From: Alphaproteobacteria bacterium
GTDB taxonomy: Bacteria > Pseudomonadota > Alphaproteobacteria > Holosporales > JBOFFI01
NCBI GenBank assembly: GCA_051648545.1
Contig: JBOFFI010000044.1
Coordinates: forward strand, 5,797 to 69,796
Direction: 5' to 3'
DNA: 64,000 bases
Position numbers and translations under genes: made by a program. The notes beneath the pieces are model-generated. The model saw nothing but the letters and a program-made list of their open reading frames with translations, was not told the origin of the DNA and searched no databases. Below are positions 1-12,485 of the stretch, piece by piece. Positions within the stretch are counted from its first letter, which is position 1; the number at the start of each line of letters is the position of its first letter.

Positions 1-221
1 ATTATTTTTTTACTTTAATAAAATTTTTCTTTATTTTCAATTTTTTATTTTTAAAATTTTCACTATCCTTTTGAAACAAAACATGAAATGATTTTTGTGG
101 CCAATCCAAAAGCTGTAAGGCGTCTTGTCTTTAAATAAATTCTCGCATTTTTACAAATTGGTTTGTTTCTGTATCAAAATGTGTTATCTAAACACCTGAA
201 AAACGGCTCGCAGTTTTTAAT

Positions 222-298
222 AGGAGTGTGGCTCAATTGGCTAGAGCACCGGTCTCCAAAACCGGGGGTTGGGGGTTCAAGTCCCTCCACTCCTGCCA
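222..298 (+). tRNA. trnW: tRNA-Trp (anticodon CCA), 3' CCA encoded
   Basis: Hand-folded cloverleaf: acceptor AGGAGTG/CACTCCT, D-arm GCTC..GAGC, anticodon stem CCGGT/ACCGG with loop CTCCAAA, T-loop TTCAAGT. It sits in the conserved position upstream of secE-nusG. Confidence 0.9.
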
Positions 299-439
299 AC
301 ATTATTAAGCCTTAAATATGTATTTTATCATGTAGGGGCTTGTGTTGTGGGTTGGAAAGAGGTATAGATTTGTTTCATGACTTTTTTTATTAGAGGAAAA
401 TTTCTTCGGGTTGTGAGGGGTTATTAAGGTTTTAAGGAA

Positions 440-652
440 ATGTTAGCAAAAGCAAACAAAAAAACTTCTTTTTTTCAATTTTTTCGGCAAACTCGCCAAG
501 AAATTCTAAAAGTAACTTGGCCGACTTCTAAGGAAGTAATCGTTACAAGTGTGTTGGTTTTTTTTATGGTCCTCGCATTTGCTATTTTCTTCTTGATTGT
601 GGATCAAATTTTAGGGTTTTGCGTTCGTTTTGTGTTAGGGTGGGGGCATTAG
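440..652 (+). CDS. secE: preprotein translocase subunit SecE
   Basis: 70-aa ORF with a basic N-terminus (FFRQTRQEILKVTWP) followed by one hydrophobic helix. It lies immediately upstream of nusG. Confidence 0.85.
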   Translation: MLAKANKKTSFFQFFRQTRQEILKVTWPTSKEVIVTSVLVFFMVLAFAIFFLIVDQILGFCVRFVLGWGH

Positions 653-656
653 AGTT

Positions 657-1196
657 ATGACGGAGCAAAAGGCTCGTTGGTATGTTGTGAGCGTCCATTC
701 CAACTTTGAAAACAGGGTTGCTGAAGATATACGTGAGCAGGCCGTAAGGGTTAATCTTTCTTCTTTAATTGAGACGATTTTAATTCCAAAGGAAGATGTT
801 CTTGAGGTCAAAAATGGTGTAAAGACGAGCAAGGAAAAAAACTTTTTTCCAGGCTACATCTTGGTGAAAATGGTTTTGACAGATGATACCTGGCATCTTG
901 TCCGAAGTGTCCCGAAGGTCAGTGGTTTTTTGGGGGTCAAAGAGAGGCCTTCTCCTATGAGCCAGGCGGAAGTCAATCGAATTTTAGGGCAGGTTCAAGA
1001 TTCCATTGACCGACCTCGAATGACATTGATGTTCGAAGTTGGCGAAAAAGTCAGGGTTTGTGAGGGGCCTTTTGCTTCTTTTACAGGCCTTGTTGAAGAG
1101 GTTGATGCGGAGAAAACCCGTCTCAAAGTTTCGGTTTCCATTTTTGGAAGAGCGACGCCCGTTGATTTAGATTTTATTCAGGTTGAAAAAGTTTAA
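657..1196 (+). CDS. nusG: transcription termination/antitermination factor NusG
   Basis: 179-aa ORF with an NGN-type N-terminus (RWYVVSVHSNFE) and a C-terminal KOW segment (GEKVRVCEGPFASFTGLVEEVD). secE-nusG-rplK synteny. Confidence 0.95.
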   Translation: MTEQKARWYVVSVHSNFENRVAEDIREQAVRVNLSSLIETILIPKEDVLEVKNGVKTSKEKNFFPGYILVKMVLTDDTWHLVRSVPKVSGFLGVKERPSPMSQAEVNRILGQVQDSIDRPRMTLMFEVGEKVRVCEGPFASFTGLVEEVDAEKTRLKVSVSIFGRATPVDLDFIQVEKV

Positions 1197-1261
1197 AAAA
1201 AGCGATATGGTGGGTTTCGTTTTTATGAACTGCTAAGTTTTTAGCTGAGGAGTTTTTTGGT

Positions 1262-1693
1262 ATGGCAAAAAAAGTTGTGGGGTATATAAAGCTTCAAGTT
1301 TCCTCTGGGAAGGCGAATCCGTCTCCACCGATTGGTCCGGCTTTAGGGCAAAGAGGACTTAATATTATGGAATTTTGCAAAGCTTTTAATGCGCAAACTC
1401 AAAGTATGGAGCAGGGGATTCCTATTCCTGTCGTCATTACGGCTTATGCAGACCGCACATTCACGTTTGTGATGAAAACGCCGCCTAATAGTTATTTTTT
1501 GAAAAAAGCAGCGGGTATCGGCAAAGGGTCAACAACGCCTGGGCGTGGGAGTAAAAGCGGCACGGTGACGATGGCGCAGATTCTTGAGATTGCCCGTTTG
1601 AAAAAAACTGATTTGAATGCGTATTCTGAAGAAGCGGCGTGTAAGATGATTGCGGGATCTGCCCGTTCCATGGGGTTGGAGGTTGTAGGCTGA
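1262..1693 (+). CDS. rplK: 50S ribosomal protein L11
   Basis: Canonical L11 N-terminus: [43 protein letters not shown]. Confidence 0.97.
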   Translation: MAKKVVGYIKLQVSSGKANPSPPIGPALGQRGLNIMEFCKAFNAQTQSMEQGIPIPVVITAYADRTFTFVMKTPPNSYFLKKAAGIGKGSTTPGRGSKSGTVTMAQILEIARLKKTDLNAYSEEAACKMIAGSARSMGLEVVG

Positions 1694-2406
1694 TGCAGAT
1701 AGTGAAAAAAACAAAGCGCTTGAAGAAGGCGTGTGAAGGAATGGATTTTTCAAAAAGTTTTTCGTTGGACGAGGCGATTAAAATCGCTAAGCGCTTTGCG
1801 ACGGCTAAATTTGATGAAACCATTGAAATTGCCATTAATTTAAACGTAGATCCTCGTAAATCTGAGCAAGCTGTTAGAGGTGCCGTTGTGCTACCTGGTG
1901 GGACAGGTAAAAACCTTCGGGTTGCTGTTTTTGTTAAAGATGATCAAAAAGCAAAAGAAGCTTTGAGTGCTGGAGCTGATGTTGTGGGTGCTGATGATCT
2001 GCTGGAAAAAATTCAGGGTGGTTTTCTTGAATTTGATCGTTGTATTGCAACGCCAGATATGATGGGATTGGTGGGGCGCCTTGGAAAGGTTTTAGGGCCT
2101 CGCGGTTTGATGCCAAATCCAAAGCTTGGAACTGTAACCCAAGATGTGGGTGCTGCGGTGAAAGCTGCAAAAGGTGGTCAAGTTGAGTATCGTGCTGAAA
2201 AAGCAGGGATTGTTCATGCGGGTATCGGGAAAGCTAGTTTTTCTGCTGAAATATTGTTGGAAAACGTGAAGGCTTTTTTGGGGGCTGTGGCAAAGGCGCG
2301 TCCTGCTGGGATTAAAGGAAATTATGTGAAAAAGATGACCCTTTCTTCCACGATGGGGCTTTCTGTTGCGGTAGATTTGGGAGATGCTCTTAAAAGTGTT
2401 TCTTGA
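1693..2406 (+). CDS. rplA: 50S ribosomal protein L1
   Basis: 237-aa ORF with L1-like sequence ([38 protein letters not shown]). Its ATG overlaps the rplK TGA by 1 nt. Confidence 0.95.
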   Translation: MQIVKKTKRLKKACEGMDFSKSFSLDEAIKIAKRFATAKFDETIEIAINLNVDPRKSEQAVRGAVVLPGGTGKNLRVAVFVKDDQKAKEALSAGADVVGADDLLEKIQGGFLEFDRCIATPDMMGLVGRLGKVLGPRGLMPNPKLGTVTQDVGAAVKAAKGGQVEYRAEKAGIVHAGIGKASFSAEILLENVKAFLGAVAKARPAGIKGNYVKKMTLSSTMGLSVAVDLGDALKSVS

Positions 2407-2615
2407 TTGTTAAATTTTTTATCGTTTCGAGGAGACTCGAAAAAACTGTCCGAGACTGTAGGTGCTCTCTTAAGAGAGTTTAAAAATGCCTGCATAGACA
2501 GGGAAAAAGACTTTCTTTTTTTCTTGTTGGGCAGATCGGGAAGAGAAAATTTTCTCTTCAATGTGCAACTTTTTCAAGTTTTAGGCTTGAAAAATAATTA
2601 AGATGGAGATGGTCT
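2407..2615 (+). promoter_or_regulatory. rplJ 5' leader region (possible L10-leader type autoregulatory RNA)
   Basis: 209-nt non-coding spacer between rplA and rplJ. It contains hairpin TTTCGAG-GAGA-CTCGAAA (2425-2442) and the perfect palindrome GAAGAGAAAA/TTTTCTCTTC (2540-2559). The functional call rests only on the known L10(L12)4 autoregulation of rplJL leaders. Confidence 0.3.
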
Positions 2616-3125
2616 GTGGATCGTGACCAAAAGCGTGCTTTTGTGACGTCTTTTAGGGAGGTTTTGAAAGCGCAAGAACTTGTTGTGGTGACCCAATCAC
2701 TGGGCTTAACAGTTGCAGAGTCGGAAAAGCTTCGTGGAAACATGCGAGAAGCTGGAGCTAGCTTTAAAATTGTTAAAAACAGTTTGGCGCGTCTTTGTGT
2801 CAAAGATACCCCTTGTGAATCTGTTTTAGATTTGCTTGTTGGCCCTACGGCCCTCGCTTATTCCCAATGCCCTGTTGCGGCAGCAAAGGTTGCTGTTCAA
2901 TTTGCTAACGGAAATGAGAAAATTCGTGTTGTAGGCGGCGTATTAAAAGGACGTTTTTTGAGTGCTCAGGAAGTTGAGCAGCTTGCTAAGTTGCCTTCTT
3001 TGGAAGAGCTTCGAGGAAAAATTTTGGCTGTTTTGGTGGCATCTCCCACAAAAATCGCTCGAACCGTTCGCGAGCCTGCTTCTCAATTTGTTCGTCTTTT
3101 GTTGGCCCACAGCCAGAAATCCTAA
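2616..3125 (+). CDS. rplJ: 50S ribosomal protein L10
   Basis: 169-aa ORF with a GTG start preceded by GGAGA. L10-like sequence; rplA-rplJ-rplL synteny. Confidence 0.9.
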   Translation: MDRDQKRAFVTSFREVLKAQELVVVTQSLGLTVAESEKLRGNMREAGASFKIVKNSLARLCVKDTPCESVLDLLVGPTALAYSQCPVAAAKVAVQFANGNEKIRVVGGVLKGRFLSAQEVEQLAKLPSLEELRGKILAVLVASPTKIARTVREPASQFVRLLLAHSQKS

Positions 3126-3166
3126 CTAGTTATTTTTAAAAATCGTTTTTGATAAAGGAGAAAAAA

Positions 3167-3538
3167 ATGTCTGCCCAATTAGATCAATTAGTGGAAAATC
3201 TTTCAAAATTAACGCTTCTTGAAGCTGCGGATCTCGTGAAAATGCTTGAAGAGAAGTGGGGGGTTTCTGCTGCTGCACCTATGATGGCAATGGGTGCTGC
3301 GCCCGCTGCTGCTGCAGTTGAAGAGAAAACGGAATTTAACGTTGTCTTGAAATCAGCTGGAGATAAAAAAATTGAAGTGATTAAAGAGGTTCGTCAGATT
3401 ACTTCTTTGGGTCTGAAAGAAGCCAAAGATTTGGTAGAGGGGGCTCCTCAACCGTTGAAACAAGGTATTTCTAAAGACGATGCTGAAAAAATCAAAAAAC
3501 AACTCGAAGCTGTTGGTGCTGTCGTTGAGATAAATTAA
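3167..3538 (+). CDS. rplL: 50S ribosomal protein L7/L12
   Basis: Ala-rich hinge ([20 protein letters not shown]) and conserved C-terminal domain ([27 protein letters not shown]). ATG at 3167 is preferred over 3149 because AAGGAG lies just upstream. Confidence 0.93.
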   Translation: MSAQLDQLVENLSKLTLLEAADLVKMLEEKWGVSAAAPMMAMGAAPAAAAVEEKTEFNVVLKSAGDKKIEVIKEVRQITSLGLKEAKDLVEGAPQPLKQGISKDDAEKIKKQLEAVGAVVEIN

Positions 3539-3560
3539 GATTTATTTCTTATAAAAAAAA

Positions 3561-3616
3561 CGGAGAAGGGAATCGTTTTTTGCTATCCCCTTTTCCGGTT
3601 TTTGTTTTGTTTTTTA
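3561..3616 (+). terminator. rplL-rpoB intergenic hairpin plus T-tract (terminator/attenuator)
   Basis: CGGAGAAGGGAA..loop..TCCCCTTTTCCG imperfect stem (3561-3598), followed by GTTTTTGTTTTGTTTTTT. The position matches the known rplL-rpoB attenuator. Confidence 0.6.
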
Positions 3617-3796
3617 AAAGAAAAAATTTTACATACAAACATGCTATACGCAAAAAGTGAACTGTTTCTTAAAAAGGGGCGTACTTTTTTCTTTGCTTTT
3701 AGGGCTGGGTCTGGTACAAGGGTCTTGACCTCATCTTTTCGAGCTTAGCGTGTGGTGTCGTTGTTTTTGAATAGATGTGCTGTTGAAGGAGTTTTT

Positions 3797-6700
3797 ATGG
3801 CTGATTCTTACACGAAGCGTGGACCTATACGGCGCAATTTTTCTCGAATTCCAGAGATTGCTCCCCTGCCAAATTTGATCGAATTGCAGAAAAAATCTTA
3901 TGATGCGTTTTTTCAAAAAAATATTGAGACAGATAAGCGGGCTTCGGTAGGGCTTCAGGGTGTTTTTCAGTCTATTTTTCCAATTCATGATTTTTCCGGA
4001 AAGGCTCAAGTAGAATTTTGCCGATATGAGCTGGAAGAGCCGAAATATGAAATTGATGAATCTCGTCAAAAAGGGGTGACCTATGCCTCTCCTTTGAAGG
4101 TAACGTTTCGTTTAATCGTGTGGGATATCGATGAAGAAACGGGAATTCGTTCGATTCGCGACATCAAGGAACAAGACGTTTATATGGGCGATATGCCGTT
4201 GATGACGCCGAATGGAACGTTTGTCATCAATGGAACAGAGCGTGTTGTCGTTTCTCAGATGCATCGTTCTCCTGGCGTGTTTTTTGATCACGATCGTGGT
4301 CGCACCCATGCTTCTGGTAAATATTTGTTTGCAGCTCGTATTATTCCTTATAGAGGTTCTTGGCTTGATTTTGAATTTGATGCCAAGGATTTGCTTTATG
4401 TGCGTATAGATCGCAAGCGTAAGCTTCCTGTTACGACATTGTTGACAGCGCTTGATGGTGCTCATACAGAAGCGCGCAGGCTTGCTCAGCCTGATATGCC
4501 TTTTTACGAAGCCCAAGGAATGTCTCGCGAAGAAATTCTTTCTTACTTTTATGACAGTGCAGTTTATTCTTGGCAAGACGGTCAATGGAAAACAGATTTT
4601 TCAGCCTCTTTGTGGAAAGGGGTTAAGCTAACCCAACCTTTGATTAATGCAGAAACGGGGCAGGTTGCGGCAGAAACCGGCACAAAATTGACGGCCCGTT
4701 TGATTAAAAAACTTGAAGAAGATGGCTTACGGAAAATTTTAGTTTCTATCGAAGATTTGGTTGGGCGCTATATCGCTGTAGACTTCATCAATGAGGAAAC
4801 AGGTGAGATTTTTGCGGAAGCTGGAGATGAAGTTTCTGAAGAAATTCTTGACCTGCTTCGCTTTCATGGGATTGTTTCGGTTCCTATTTTGAGCATCGAT
4901 CACATTGTGGTGGGGTCTTATCTCAGGGATACGCTTTTGGCAGATAAAAACACAACGCGTGAAGAAGCCCTGTTGGATATTTACCGCGTTTTGCGTCCGG
5001 GTGAGCCTCCCACCTTGGAAAGCGCTGAGGCTCTTTTCAAAAGCTTGTTTTTTGATCCAGAACGCTATGATTTGTCGTCTGTTGGACGCGTTAAAATGAA
5101 CGCACGCTTGAGTCTGAAAACACCTGATACAGTCAATATTTTGCAAAAGCAAGATATTTTGGAAATTGTTAGGATGTTGCTTGGTTTGAAAGATGGGCGA
5201 GGTGAGATTGACGATATTGACAGTTTATCAAATCGAAGGGTTCGCTCTGTGGGTGAGCTCTTGGAAAATCAATATCGCTCCGGGCTTTTGCGAATGGAGC
5301 GAACCATTCGTGAGCGGATGGGGGCGGTGGATTTGGAAACGGCCATGCCCAATGATTTGATTAACGCAAAGCCTGCGGCAGCAGTTTTGCGTGAATTTTT
5401 TGGGACTTCCCAGTTGTCTCAGTTTATGGATCAGACGAATCCGCTTTCTGAAATTAACCATAAGCGGCGTCTTTCGGCCCTTGGTCCTGGTGGTGTAAAA
5501 AAAGATAGGGCTGTTTTTGAAGTTCGAGATGTGCACCCTACCCATTATGGGCGCATTTGTCCCGTTGAAACGCCTGAAGGTCCTAACATTGGTTTGATTA
5601 ACTCCCTTGCGACCTATGCGCGAATCAATCCTTATGGTTTCATTGAAACGCCCTATCGGCGTGTTGTGAATCAGCGCGTAACGGATGAAGTTGTGTATTT
5701 GTCTGCCATTGAAGAGGGGCGCTACACAATTGCCCAAGCGAATGTTGAGCTGGATGAGACGGGGGCATTTGTTCAGGCTGTGATCAGTTGTCGCCGCGGG
5801 GGAGATTATATCCTCGCTTCTTTTGAAGAAATTGATTTTGTCGACGTTTCGCCGAAGCAGATTGTGTCTGTTGCTGCATCCCTTATTCCGTTTGTGGAAA
5901 ATGATGATGCTAACCGTGCGTTGATGGGGTCTAACATGCAACGTCAGGCGGTGCCCCTTATTTCTGCAGATGCGCCGTTGGTGGGAACGGGCATGGAAGC
6001 GGCTGTTGCAAGAGATTCTGGTTCGGTGGTTTTGGCCCTTAGAAGTGGGGTTGTGGACCAGGTGGATGCGTCTCGTATTGTGATTCGGGCTACAGAAGAT
6101 TTGTCTCCAGGGATGCCAGTTGTGGATATCTATAATCTGCAAAAGTTTAGAAAATCTAATGCCAACACTTGTGTTAATCAAAAGCCAATTGTGTGCGTGG
6201 GTGATTTAGTTAAAAACGGTGATATTATTGCGGATGGTTCTGCGACCCAGCGTGGTGAATTAGCCCTGGGGCGCAATGTGCTGGTCGCTTTTATATCTTG
6301 GAATGGATATTGTTTTGAAGATTCCATTATTATTTCTGAGGCCTTGGTTAAAGACGATGTTTATACGTCTATCCACATTGAAGAATTTGAAATTTCGGCT
6401 CGGGATACAAAGCTTGGGAATGAAGAAATTACCCGCGATATCCCTGGGGTTGGAGAAGAAACCCTTCGGCATTTAGATGAAGCAGGTATTGCTTACATTG
6501 GTGCAGAAGTTAAACCTGGCGATATTTTGGCTGGAAAAGTGACGCCTAAAGGGGAAAATCCAATGACCCCTGAGGAAAAGCTTTTGAGGGCTATTTTTGG
6601 AGAAAAAGCTTCCGATGTTAGAGACACGTCATTAAGGCTACCTCCGGGGATTTCAGGAACGGTCGTGGATGTTCGAGTTTTTTCAAGGAGAGGGGTCGAC

Positions 6701-7960
6701 AAAGACGAGCGCGCTTTATCTATTGAGCGAGCAGAAATTAGCCGTGTTTCAAAAGACAGGGATGCTGAACGTTCTATCCTTGAGCGCAATTTTTATACGA
6801 TGTTGGCGCCTCTTTTGATTAACGAGAAGCTCGTCAATAATGTTGATACCCTTAAGGCCAAGCAGGTTTTGACAGAAGAGCTGTTGGGCAATCTTCCCAA
6901 ACACCTTTGGAAACAGATTGTAGTTGCCAGTGATGAATGCATGCAGCAAGTTGAGGCCCTTAAAGAGCAACATAATAAAACTCTTGAAGCTCTCCGGAAA
7001 CGTTTTGAGCAGAAAGTTGAAAAAATTCGCCGGGGCGATGAGCTTCCAACGGGTGTGATGAAAACAGTTAAAATCTTTGTTGCTGTTAAGCGTAAACTTC
7101 AGCCAGGGGATAAGATGGCTGGGCGACATGGGAACAAAGGTGTTGTCTCGCGTATTGTTCCTGTGGAAGACATGCCTTATTTTGAAGATGGAACCCCTGT
7201 TGATATCATATTAAATCCTTTGGGACTTCCTTCCCGTATGAATGTGGGGCAAATTTTGGAGACCCATTTAGGGTGGGCTTCCATTGGATTGGGGCGAAAA
7301 GTTCGAGAATGTTTGGAATCTATGGCGGCTTCTAACGCGCAAGATACAAGCTCGTTGCGTCAGTTTTTGGGTGGACTTTATGAGCGTAAAGAGGCGACTG
7401 AAGAAGTTGAAGCCATGACAGACGAGGCAATTGTTGAAATGGCGTCTCATATGACCCGTGGCGTTCCGATGGCGACGCCTGTTTTTGACGGGGCTCGAGA
7501 AACAGATATTGTGCATGAATTAGAAAAAGCCGGGTTAGACGATTCTGGCCAAGTCGTTTTATACGATGGTCGAACAGGTGAAGCGTTTGATCGAAAAATC
7601 ACAATTGGCATCATTTATATGATGAAGTTGCACCATTTGGTGGATGAAAAAATTCACGCGCGTTCTGTTGGTCCATACAGTTTGGTAACCCAACAACCCT
7701 TGGGCGGAAAGGCTCAATTCGGTGGTCAACGTTTGGGTGAAATGGAGGTTTGGGCCCTTGAAGCTTATGGTGCTGCGTATACATTGCAAGAAATGCTGAC
7801 GATTAAATCGGATGACGTTTCAGGGCGTACGAAGGTGTATGAAGCTATCATTCGTGGGGATGATAATTTTGAATCTGGAGTTCCTGAATCTTTCAACGTG
7901 TTGATAAAAGAGCTCAAATCTCTTGTTTTGAATGTGGAATGTTCCCAACAAGAGGCGTAG
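3797..7960 (+). CDS. rpoB: DNA-directed RNA polymerase subunit beta
   Basis: About 1387-aa ORF with canonical RpoB blocks ([39 protein letters not shown]). ATG at 3797 (MADSYTKR) is preferred over the upstream GTG at 3752. Confidence 0.97.
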   Translation: MADSYTKRGPIRRNFSRIPEIAPLPNLIELQKKSYDAFFQKNIETDKRASVGLQGVFQSIFPIHDFSGKAQVEFCRYELEEPKYEIDESRQKGVTYASPLKVTFRLIVWDIDEETGIRSIRDIKEQDVYMGDMPLMTPNGTFVINGTERVVVSQMHRSPGVFFDHDRGRTHASGKYLFAARIIPYRGSWLDFEFDAKDLLYVRIDRKRKLPVTTLLTALDGAHTEARRLAQPDMPFYEAQGMSREEILSYFYDSAVYSWQDGQWKTDFSASLWKGVKLTQPLINAETGQVAAETGTKLTARLIKKLEEDGLRKILVSIEDLVGRYIAVDFINEETGEIFAEAGDEVSEEILDLLRFHGIVSVPILSIDHIVVGSYLRDTLLADKNTTREEALLDIYRVLRPGEPPTLESAEALFKSLFFDPERYDLSSVGRVKMNARLSLKTPDTVNILQKQDILEIVRMLLGLKDGRGEIDDIDSLSNRRVRSVGELLENQYRSGLLRMERTIRERMGAVDLETAMPNDLINAKPAAAVLREFFGTSQLSQFMDQTNPLSEINHKRRLSALGPGGVKKDRAVFEVRDVHPTHYGRICPVETPEGPNIGLINSLATYARINPYGFIETPYRRVVNQRVTDEVVYLSAIEEGRYTIAQANVELDETGAFVQAVISCRRGGDYILASFEEIDFVDVSPKQIVSVAASLIPFVENDDANRALMGSNMQRQAVPLISADAPLVGTGMEAAVARDSGSVVLALRSGVVDQVDASRIVIRATEDLSPGMPVVDIYNLQKFRKSNANTCVNQKPIVCVGDLVKNGDIIADGSATQRGELALGRNVLVAFISWNGYCFEDSIIISEALVKDDVYTSIHIEEFEISARDTKLGNEEITRDIPGVGEETLRHLDEAGIAYIGAEVKPGDILAGKVTPKGENPMTPEEKLLRAIFGEKASDVRDTSLRLPPGISGTVVDVRVFSRRGVDKDERALSIERAEISRVSKDRDAERSILERNFYTMLAPLLINEKLVNNVDTLKAKQVLTEELLGNLPKHLWKQIVVASDECMQQVEALKEQHNKTLEALRKRFEQKVEKIRRGDELPTGVMKTVKIFVAVKRKLQPGDKMAGRHGNKGVVSRIVPVEDMPYFEDGTPVDIILNPLGLPSRMNVGQILETHLGWASIGLGRKVRECLESMAASNAQDTSSLRQFLGGLYERKEATEEVEAMTDEAIVEMASHMTRGVPMATPVFDGARETDIVHELEKAGLDDSGQVVLYDGRTGEAFDRKITIGIIYMMKLHHLVDEKIHARSVGPYSLVTQQPLGGKAQFGGQRLGEMEVWALEAYGAAYTLQEMLTIKSDDVSGRTKVYEAIIRGDDNFESGVPESFNVLIKELKSLVLNVECSQQEA

Positions 7961-8023
7961 TGTTTTAGGCAGCAACCCCTTGTTTAACAATATGATTTTT
8001 TACGAAGAAAAAGGTAGGTTTTG

Positions 8024-11000
8024 ATGACGCGTCAAAAGAAGCAGACTTCTCAGCAAAAACTTTTAACAGTTTTTAGCCAAGTTGCGGGTCCCCAATCTTT
8101 TGACCTGGTTCGTATTTCGATCGCAAGCCCCGATCAGATTCGTTCTTGGTCTTTTGGAGAGGTGAAAAAACCAGAAACCATTAACTATAGAACCTTTAAA
8201 CCAGAGCGCGACGGTTTATTTTGCGCCAGAATTTTTGGTCCTATTAAAGATTATGAGTGCTTATGTGGAAAATATAAGCGTATGAAATATCGTGGTGTTA
8301 TTTGTGAAAAATGTGGCGTTGAGGTAACCCTGACAAAAGTGCGTAGGGAACGCATGGGGCACATTGAGCTTGCATCTCCTGTTGCTCACATTTGGTTTAC
8401 GAAATCGTTGCCGAGCCGGATTGGGGCTTTGCTCGATTTAACCATGAAAGAAATGGACAAAGTTCTATATTTCGAGAGCTATATTGTTACAGAACCTGGT
8501 ACAACTCCCCTCAAGTTGCATCAATTGTTGACTGAAGAAGAATATATCAGTGCCCAAGACGATTACGGCGAGGGCGCTTTTCAAGCCTTTATAGGAGCAG
8601 AGGCATTTCGAGAGATGCTTCGGGCTATTGAGCTTGAGAAGGAGCAGGTGCTTCTTAGGGAAGAGCTTACTACCACAACGTCTGAGATGCGGCGTAAAAA
8701 GCTTTCTCGGCGTTTGAGGCTTATTGAAGCATTTATACAATCAGATACCCGCCCAGAGTGGATGGTTTTAGAGGTTGTTCCTGTTATTCCTCCTGAGTTG
8801 CGGCCTTTGGTTCCCTTGGATGGTGGGCGTTTTGCGACCTCAGACCTTAACGATTTGTATCGACGTTTGATCAACCGTAATAACCGTTTAAAGCGCCTCA
8901 TTGAATTGAGGGCTCCTGAGATTATCATCCGCAACGAAAAACGAATGCTTCAAGAAATTGTTGATGCTTTGTTTGATAACGGGCGCAGGGGAAGGCCAAT
9001 TACGGGGGCCAATAAGCGACCTTTGAAATCGCTGTCTGACATGTTAAAAGGGAAACATGGACGTTTCCGCCAAAACTTATTGGGTAAACGGGTTGATTAT
9101 TCGGGTCGTTCTGTGATTGTGGTGGGTCCTGAGTTAAAGCTCCATCAATGTGGTTTGCCGAAGAAAATGGCGCTGGAGCTGTTTAAGCCTTTTGTTTATT
9201 CACGTTTAGAGCGATATGGTTTGGCGCCAACCATAAAAGCCGCAAAACGGATGGTGGAAAAAGAACGTCCAGAAGTTTGGGACATTTTAGAAGAAGTGAT
9301 CCGGGAGCACCCAGTTCTTTTGAACCGTGCACCAACGCTTCACCGTTTAGGAATTCAAGCTTTTGAACCGCTTTTGGTGGAAGGAAAGGCGATTCAGTTA
9401 CACCCATTGGTTTGCGCGGCTTTTAACGCAGACTTTGATGGTGACCAGATGGCGGTTCACGTGCCCCTTTCCATTGAAGCCCAGTTGGAAGCCCGCGTTT
9501 TGATGATGTCTACCAACAACATTTTGAGCCCTGCAAACGGAAACCCTATTATTGTGCCTTCGAAGGACATTGTGCTTGGTTTATATTACCTGACCCTGAT
9601 GACGGAAGGTGCAAAAGGGGAGGGGATGGCATTTGCTTCTCTTGGAGAGATCGAACAGGCTTTATTTGGAGAGGTTTTGTCCCTTCATGCTAAAATCACC
9701 GCAAGGTATAGCAGTTTTGATGAATTAGGAAATGAAGTTATTCAGCGGGTTGAGACAACGCCAGGTCGTATGATTCTTGGTCAATTATTGCCAAGGCACT
9801 CAAAAATTAGCTACAGTTTGGTCAATCAGTTGTTGACTTCCAAAGAAATTGGGAAACTTTTGGATATCGTTTATCGTCACTGTGGTCAAAAAGAAGTTGT
9901 CATTTTTGGAGACAAGTTGATGGGGCTTGGCTTTAAGTATGCAACCATTTCTGGTGTTTCTTTCGGTAAAGATGACCTGGTGGTTCCTCCTGAAAAAGGT
10001 AAAATGGTTGATGAAACATGGGATTTGGTGAACGAATATCGCCAACAATATCTGGATGGTCTCATCACCCAAGGGGAGCGCTACAATAAAGTTACCGACG
10101 CTTGGACGAAGTGTACGGAAAAAGTTGCGGATGCAATGATGGATGAGATTTCCCAGGTGAAGCCAGGGAAATTGATGAATTCCGTTTACATGATGGCCCA
10201 TTCGGGGGCGCGAGGTTCTGCAGCTCAGATGCGTCAGCTTGCAGCGATGCGCGGCTTGATTGCGAAGCCATCCGGGGAAATTATCGAGAATCCTATCATT
10301 TCGAACTTTAAAGAAGGTTTGACGGTTCTTGAATATTTTAACTCAACCCATGGAGCCCGAAAAGGGTTATCAGATACGGCCCTTAAAACGGCAAACTCAG
10401 GGTATTTAACCCGCAGGCTTGTTGATGTCGCTCAAGATTGTGTGATTACTGAGCTTGATTGCGGAACAAGCCTTGGGCTTTCCATACGTCCTGTTGTTGA
10501 AGGGGGAGAAGTGATCGCGTCCTTGGGAGATCGCATCCTTGGGCGTACCGCAGCAGAAGATGTTATAGATCTTGTTTCAAACGAAATTTTGATTTGTGAT
10601 GGTGAGCTCATTGACGAGGCAAAAGTTGAGCGAGTTCAAAAAACAGGCGTTGATGCTGTTAAAATTCGTTCTGTTTTGACCTGTCAATCTGAGACGGGAA
10701 TTTGCGCAAAATGTTATGGTCGCGATTTGGCGCGCGGAACACTTGTGAACCAAAACGAGGCTATCGGTGTGATTGCTGCCCAGTCTATTGGAGAGCCTGG
10801 GACTCAGCTTACCATGCGGACATTCCACCTTGGTGGAGCAGCACAACGTTCAGCCGAAGAATCTTTTGCAGAAGCAACGTTAGACGGTGTGGTTGGGATT
10901 AAAAATCGTAACACCATTGTAAACAGTGAGGGTGTGTCGATTGTTATGAGCCGTCACACGGAACTTGTTATTTTAGATTCCCAAGGGCGAGAGCGCTCTC

Positions 11001-12199
11001 GTTATCGTGTACCTTATGGTGCTAAACTTTTTGTGGATGAGGGCGCTGCTATTACCAAAGGCGCAAAAATGGCAGAATGGGATCCTTATACCGTCCCAGT
11101 GATTACGGAACGTGACGGTATTGTTCATTTCGTAGACTTGGTTGAAGGCGTTTCTTTGAAGGAAGTTTTTGATGAAGCCACGGGAATTTCTAAGCACGTT
11201 GTTTCGGATTGGAGACAGTTTTCCCGTGGGACTGATCTTAAACCCCGTATTGTGCTTAGGGATGGAAAAGGTAACGCTCTGGCCTTTGCAAACGGCTTAG
11301 AAGCTCGTTATTTTCTTTCCGTGGATGCCATTGTGAACGTTGAAAATGGAGGCGCTGTAAGAGCTGGGGATGTCTTGGCGCGCTTGCCGCGAGAAAGCTC
11401 AAAATCCCGTGATATCACTGGAGGTTTGCCGCGTATTGCAGAGCTGTTTGAGGCGCGTCGTCCGAAAGATTCATCTATTATCAGTGAGTATGATGGGCGT
11501 GTTGAATTTGGAAAAGATTACAAAACAAAACGTCGGATTATGGTTGTTCCGGATCACAACCCTGAGGAACCTGTTGAATATTTCATCCCCAAAGGAAAGC
11601 ATATTCTCGTTCAAGAAGGGGATGCTGTAAAAAAAGGAGACCTTCTTGTTGATGGAAGCCCTGTTCCCCATGATATTTTGCGTATTTTAGGTGTGGAGGC
11701 CCTTGCCTATTACCTTATTAATGAGATTCAAGAGGTGTATCGTCTCCAAGGTGTGCGCATTAACGATAAACATTTAGAAGTGATCGTTCGCCAGATGCTC
11801 CAAAAAATAGAGGTTATCGATGCTGGCGATACCTCGTTGTTGATAGGGGATCAGCTCAATCGACCAGACTTTGAAGCCCTTAACACCAAAACAGAGGCAG
11901 AGGGAAAACGTCCAGCGATTGGTTTCCCAGTTTTGCAGGGCATCACAAAAGCGTCTCTCGCCACAGATTCTTTCATCTCTGCGGCATCCTTCCAAGACAC
12001 GACACGTGTTTTGACAGAAGCAGCCGTATTTGGAAGAGAAGATCATTTAATTGGTTTGAAAGAAAATGTGATCGTGGGGCATTTGATTCCAGCTGGAACG
12101 GGGGGTATTGTTCGTAAATTTAGACACATTGCGGCAGAGCGGGATATGGAAAAATTACCGGTGTCTGCTGAAGTGAGTGGAGCAGATTCTGAACTTTGA
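8024..12199 (+). CDS. rpoC: DNA-directed RNA polymerase subunit beta'
   Basis: About 1391-aa ORF with a zinc-binding [23 protein letters not shown] and the catalytic [12 protein letters not shown] motif. The start is ATG 8024 (an in-frame TTG at 8021 is also possible). Confidence 0.97.
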   Translation: MTRQKKQTSQQKLLTVFSQVAGPQSFDLVRISIASPDQIRSWSFGEVKKPETINYRTFKPERDGLFCARIFGPIKDYECLCGKYKRMKYRGVICEKCGVEVTLTKVRRERMGHIELASPVAHIWFTKSLPSRIGALLDLTMKEMDKVLYFESYIVTEPGTTPLKLHQLLTEEEYISAQDDYGEGAFQAFIGAEAFREMLRAIELEKEQVLLREELTTTTSEMRRKKLSRRLRLIEAFIQSDTRPEWMVLEVVPVIPPELRPLVPLDGGRFATSDLNDLYRRLINRNNRLKRLIELRAPEIIIRNEKRMLQEIVDALFDNGRRGRPITGANKRPLKSLSDMLKGKHGRFRQNLLGKRVDYSGRSVIVVGPELKLHQCGLPKKMALELFKPFVYSRLERYGLAPTIKAAKRMVEKERPEVWDILEEVIREHPVLLNRAPTLHRLGIQAFEPLLVEGKAIQLHPLVCAAFNADFDGDQMAVHVPLSIEAQLEARVLMMSTNNILSPANGNPIIVPSKDIVLGLYYLTLMTEGAKGEGMAFASLGEIEQALFGEVLSLHAKITARYSSFDELGNEVIQRVETTPGRMILGQLLPRHSKISYSLVNQLLTSKEIGKLLDIVYRHCGQKEVVIFGDKLMGLGFKYATISGVSFGKDDLVVPPEKGKMVDETWDLVNEYRQQYLDGLITQGERYNKVTDAWTKCTEKVADAMMDEISQVKPGKLMNSVYMMAHSGARGSAAQMRQLAAMRGLIAKPSGEIIENPIISNFKEGLTVLEYFNSTHGARKGLSDTALKTANSGYLTRRLVDVAQDCVITELDCGTSLGLSIRPVVEGGEVIASLGDRILGRTAAEDVIDLVSNEILICDGELIDEAKVERVQKTGVDAVKIRSVLTCQSETGICAKCYGRDLARGTLVNQNEAIGVIAAQSIGEPGTQLTMRTFHLGGAAQRSAEESFAEATLDGVVGIKNRNTIVNSEGVSIVMSRHTELVILDSQGRERSRYRVPYGAKLFVDEGAAITKGAKMAEWDPYTVPVITERDGIVHFVDLVEGVSLKEVFDEATGISKHVVSDWRQFSRGTDLKPRIVLRDGKGNALAFANGLEARYFLSVDAIVNVENGGAVRAGDVLARLPRESSKSRDITGGLPRIAELFEARRPKDSSIISEYDGRVEFGKDYKTKRRIMVVPDHNPEEPVEYFIPKGKHILVQEGDAVKKGDLLVDGSPVPHDILRILGVEALAYYLINEIQEVYRLQGVRINDKHLEVIVRQMLQKIEVIDAGDTSLLIGDQLNRPDFEALNTKTEAEGKRPAIGFPVLQGITKASLATDSFISAASFQDTTRVLTEAAVFGREDHLIGLKENVIVGHLIPAGTGGIVRKFRHIAAERDMEKLPVSAEVSGADSEL

Positions 12200-12242
12200 A
12201 TCCCAAGCGGAGGTTTGGGGGAAACCCCCTTGCCGAAGCCCT

Positions 12243-12266
12243 CTAAACAAGATATACCTTGTTTAG
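12243..12266 (+). terminator. hairpin downstream of rpoC (weak terminator candidate)
   Basis: CTAAACAAG-ATATAC-CTTGTTTAG, a perfect 9-bp stem. It is AT-rich and followed by only a weak T-rich tail (TCTCGGTTT). Confidence 0.3.
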
Positions 12267-12282
12267 TCTCGGTTTAAGACAG

Positions 12283-12357
12283 GGGCGTATAGCTCAGCGG
12301 GAGAGCGCTACGTTGACATCGTAGAGGTCACAGGTTCAATCCCTGTTACGCCCACCA
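12283..12357 (+). tRNA. trnV: tRNA-Val (anticodon GAC), 3' CCA encoded
   Basis: Hand-folded: acceptor GGGCGTA/TACGCCC, anticodon stem CTACG/CGTAG with loop TTGACAT, T-arm ACAGG-TTCAATC-CCTGT. Confidence 0.9.
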
Positions 12358-12485
12358 TTAAAAATGGTTCATTAGCTTTAAGGCAGATTTTCCTTGGCCG
12401 ATCAAAAATTCTCTTTCAAAAAAAATTGTAGGTGATTTAAAAATCTTGTATACAATCAAATAAAATTTAGGAAAGCTTCATTGTT

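Noticed and set aside
5228-6181. 317-aa ORF antisense to rpoB, plus several other antisense ORFs within rpoB and rpoC.
   Set aside because: It lies entirely inside a strongly supported rpoB reading frame. The sequence is Arg/His/Asn-rich and low-complexity, typical of a shadow ORF, and I saw no independent start or RBS signal.
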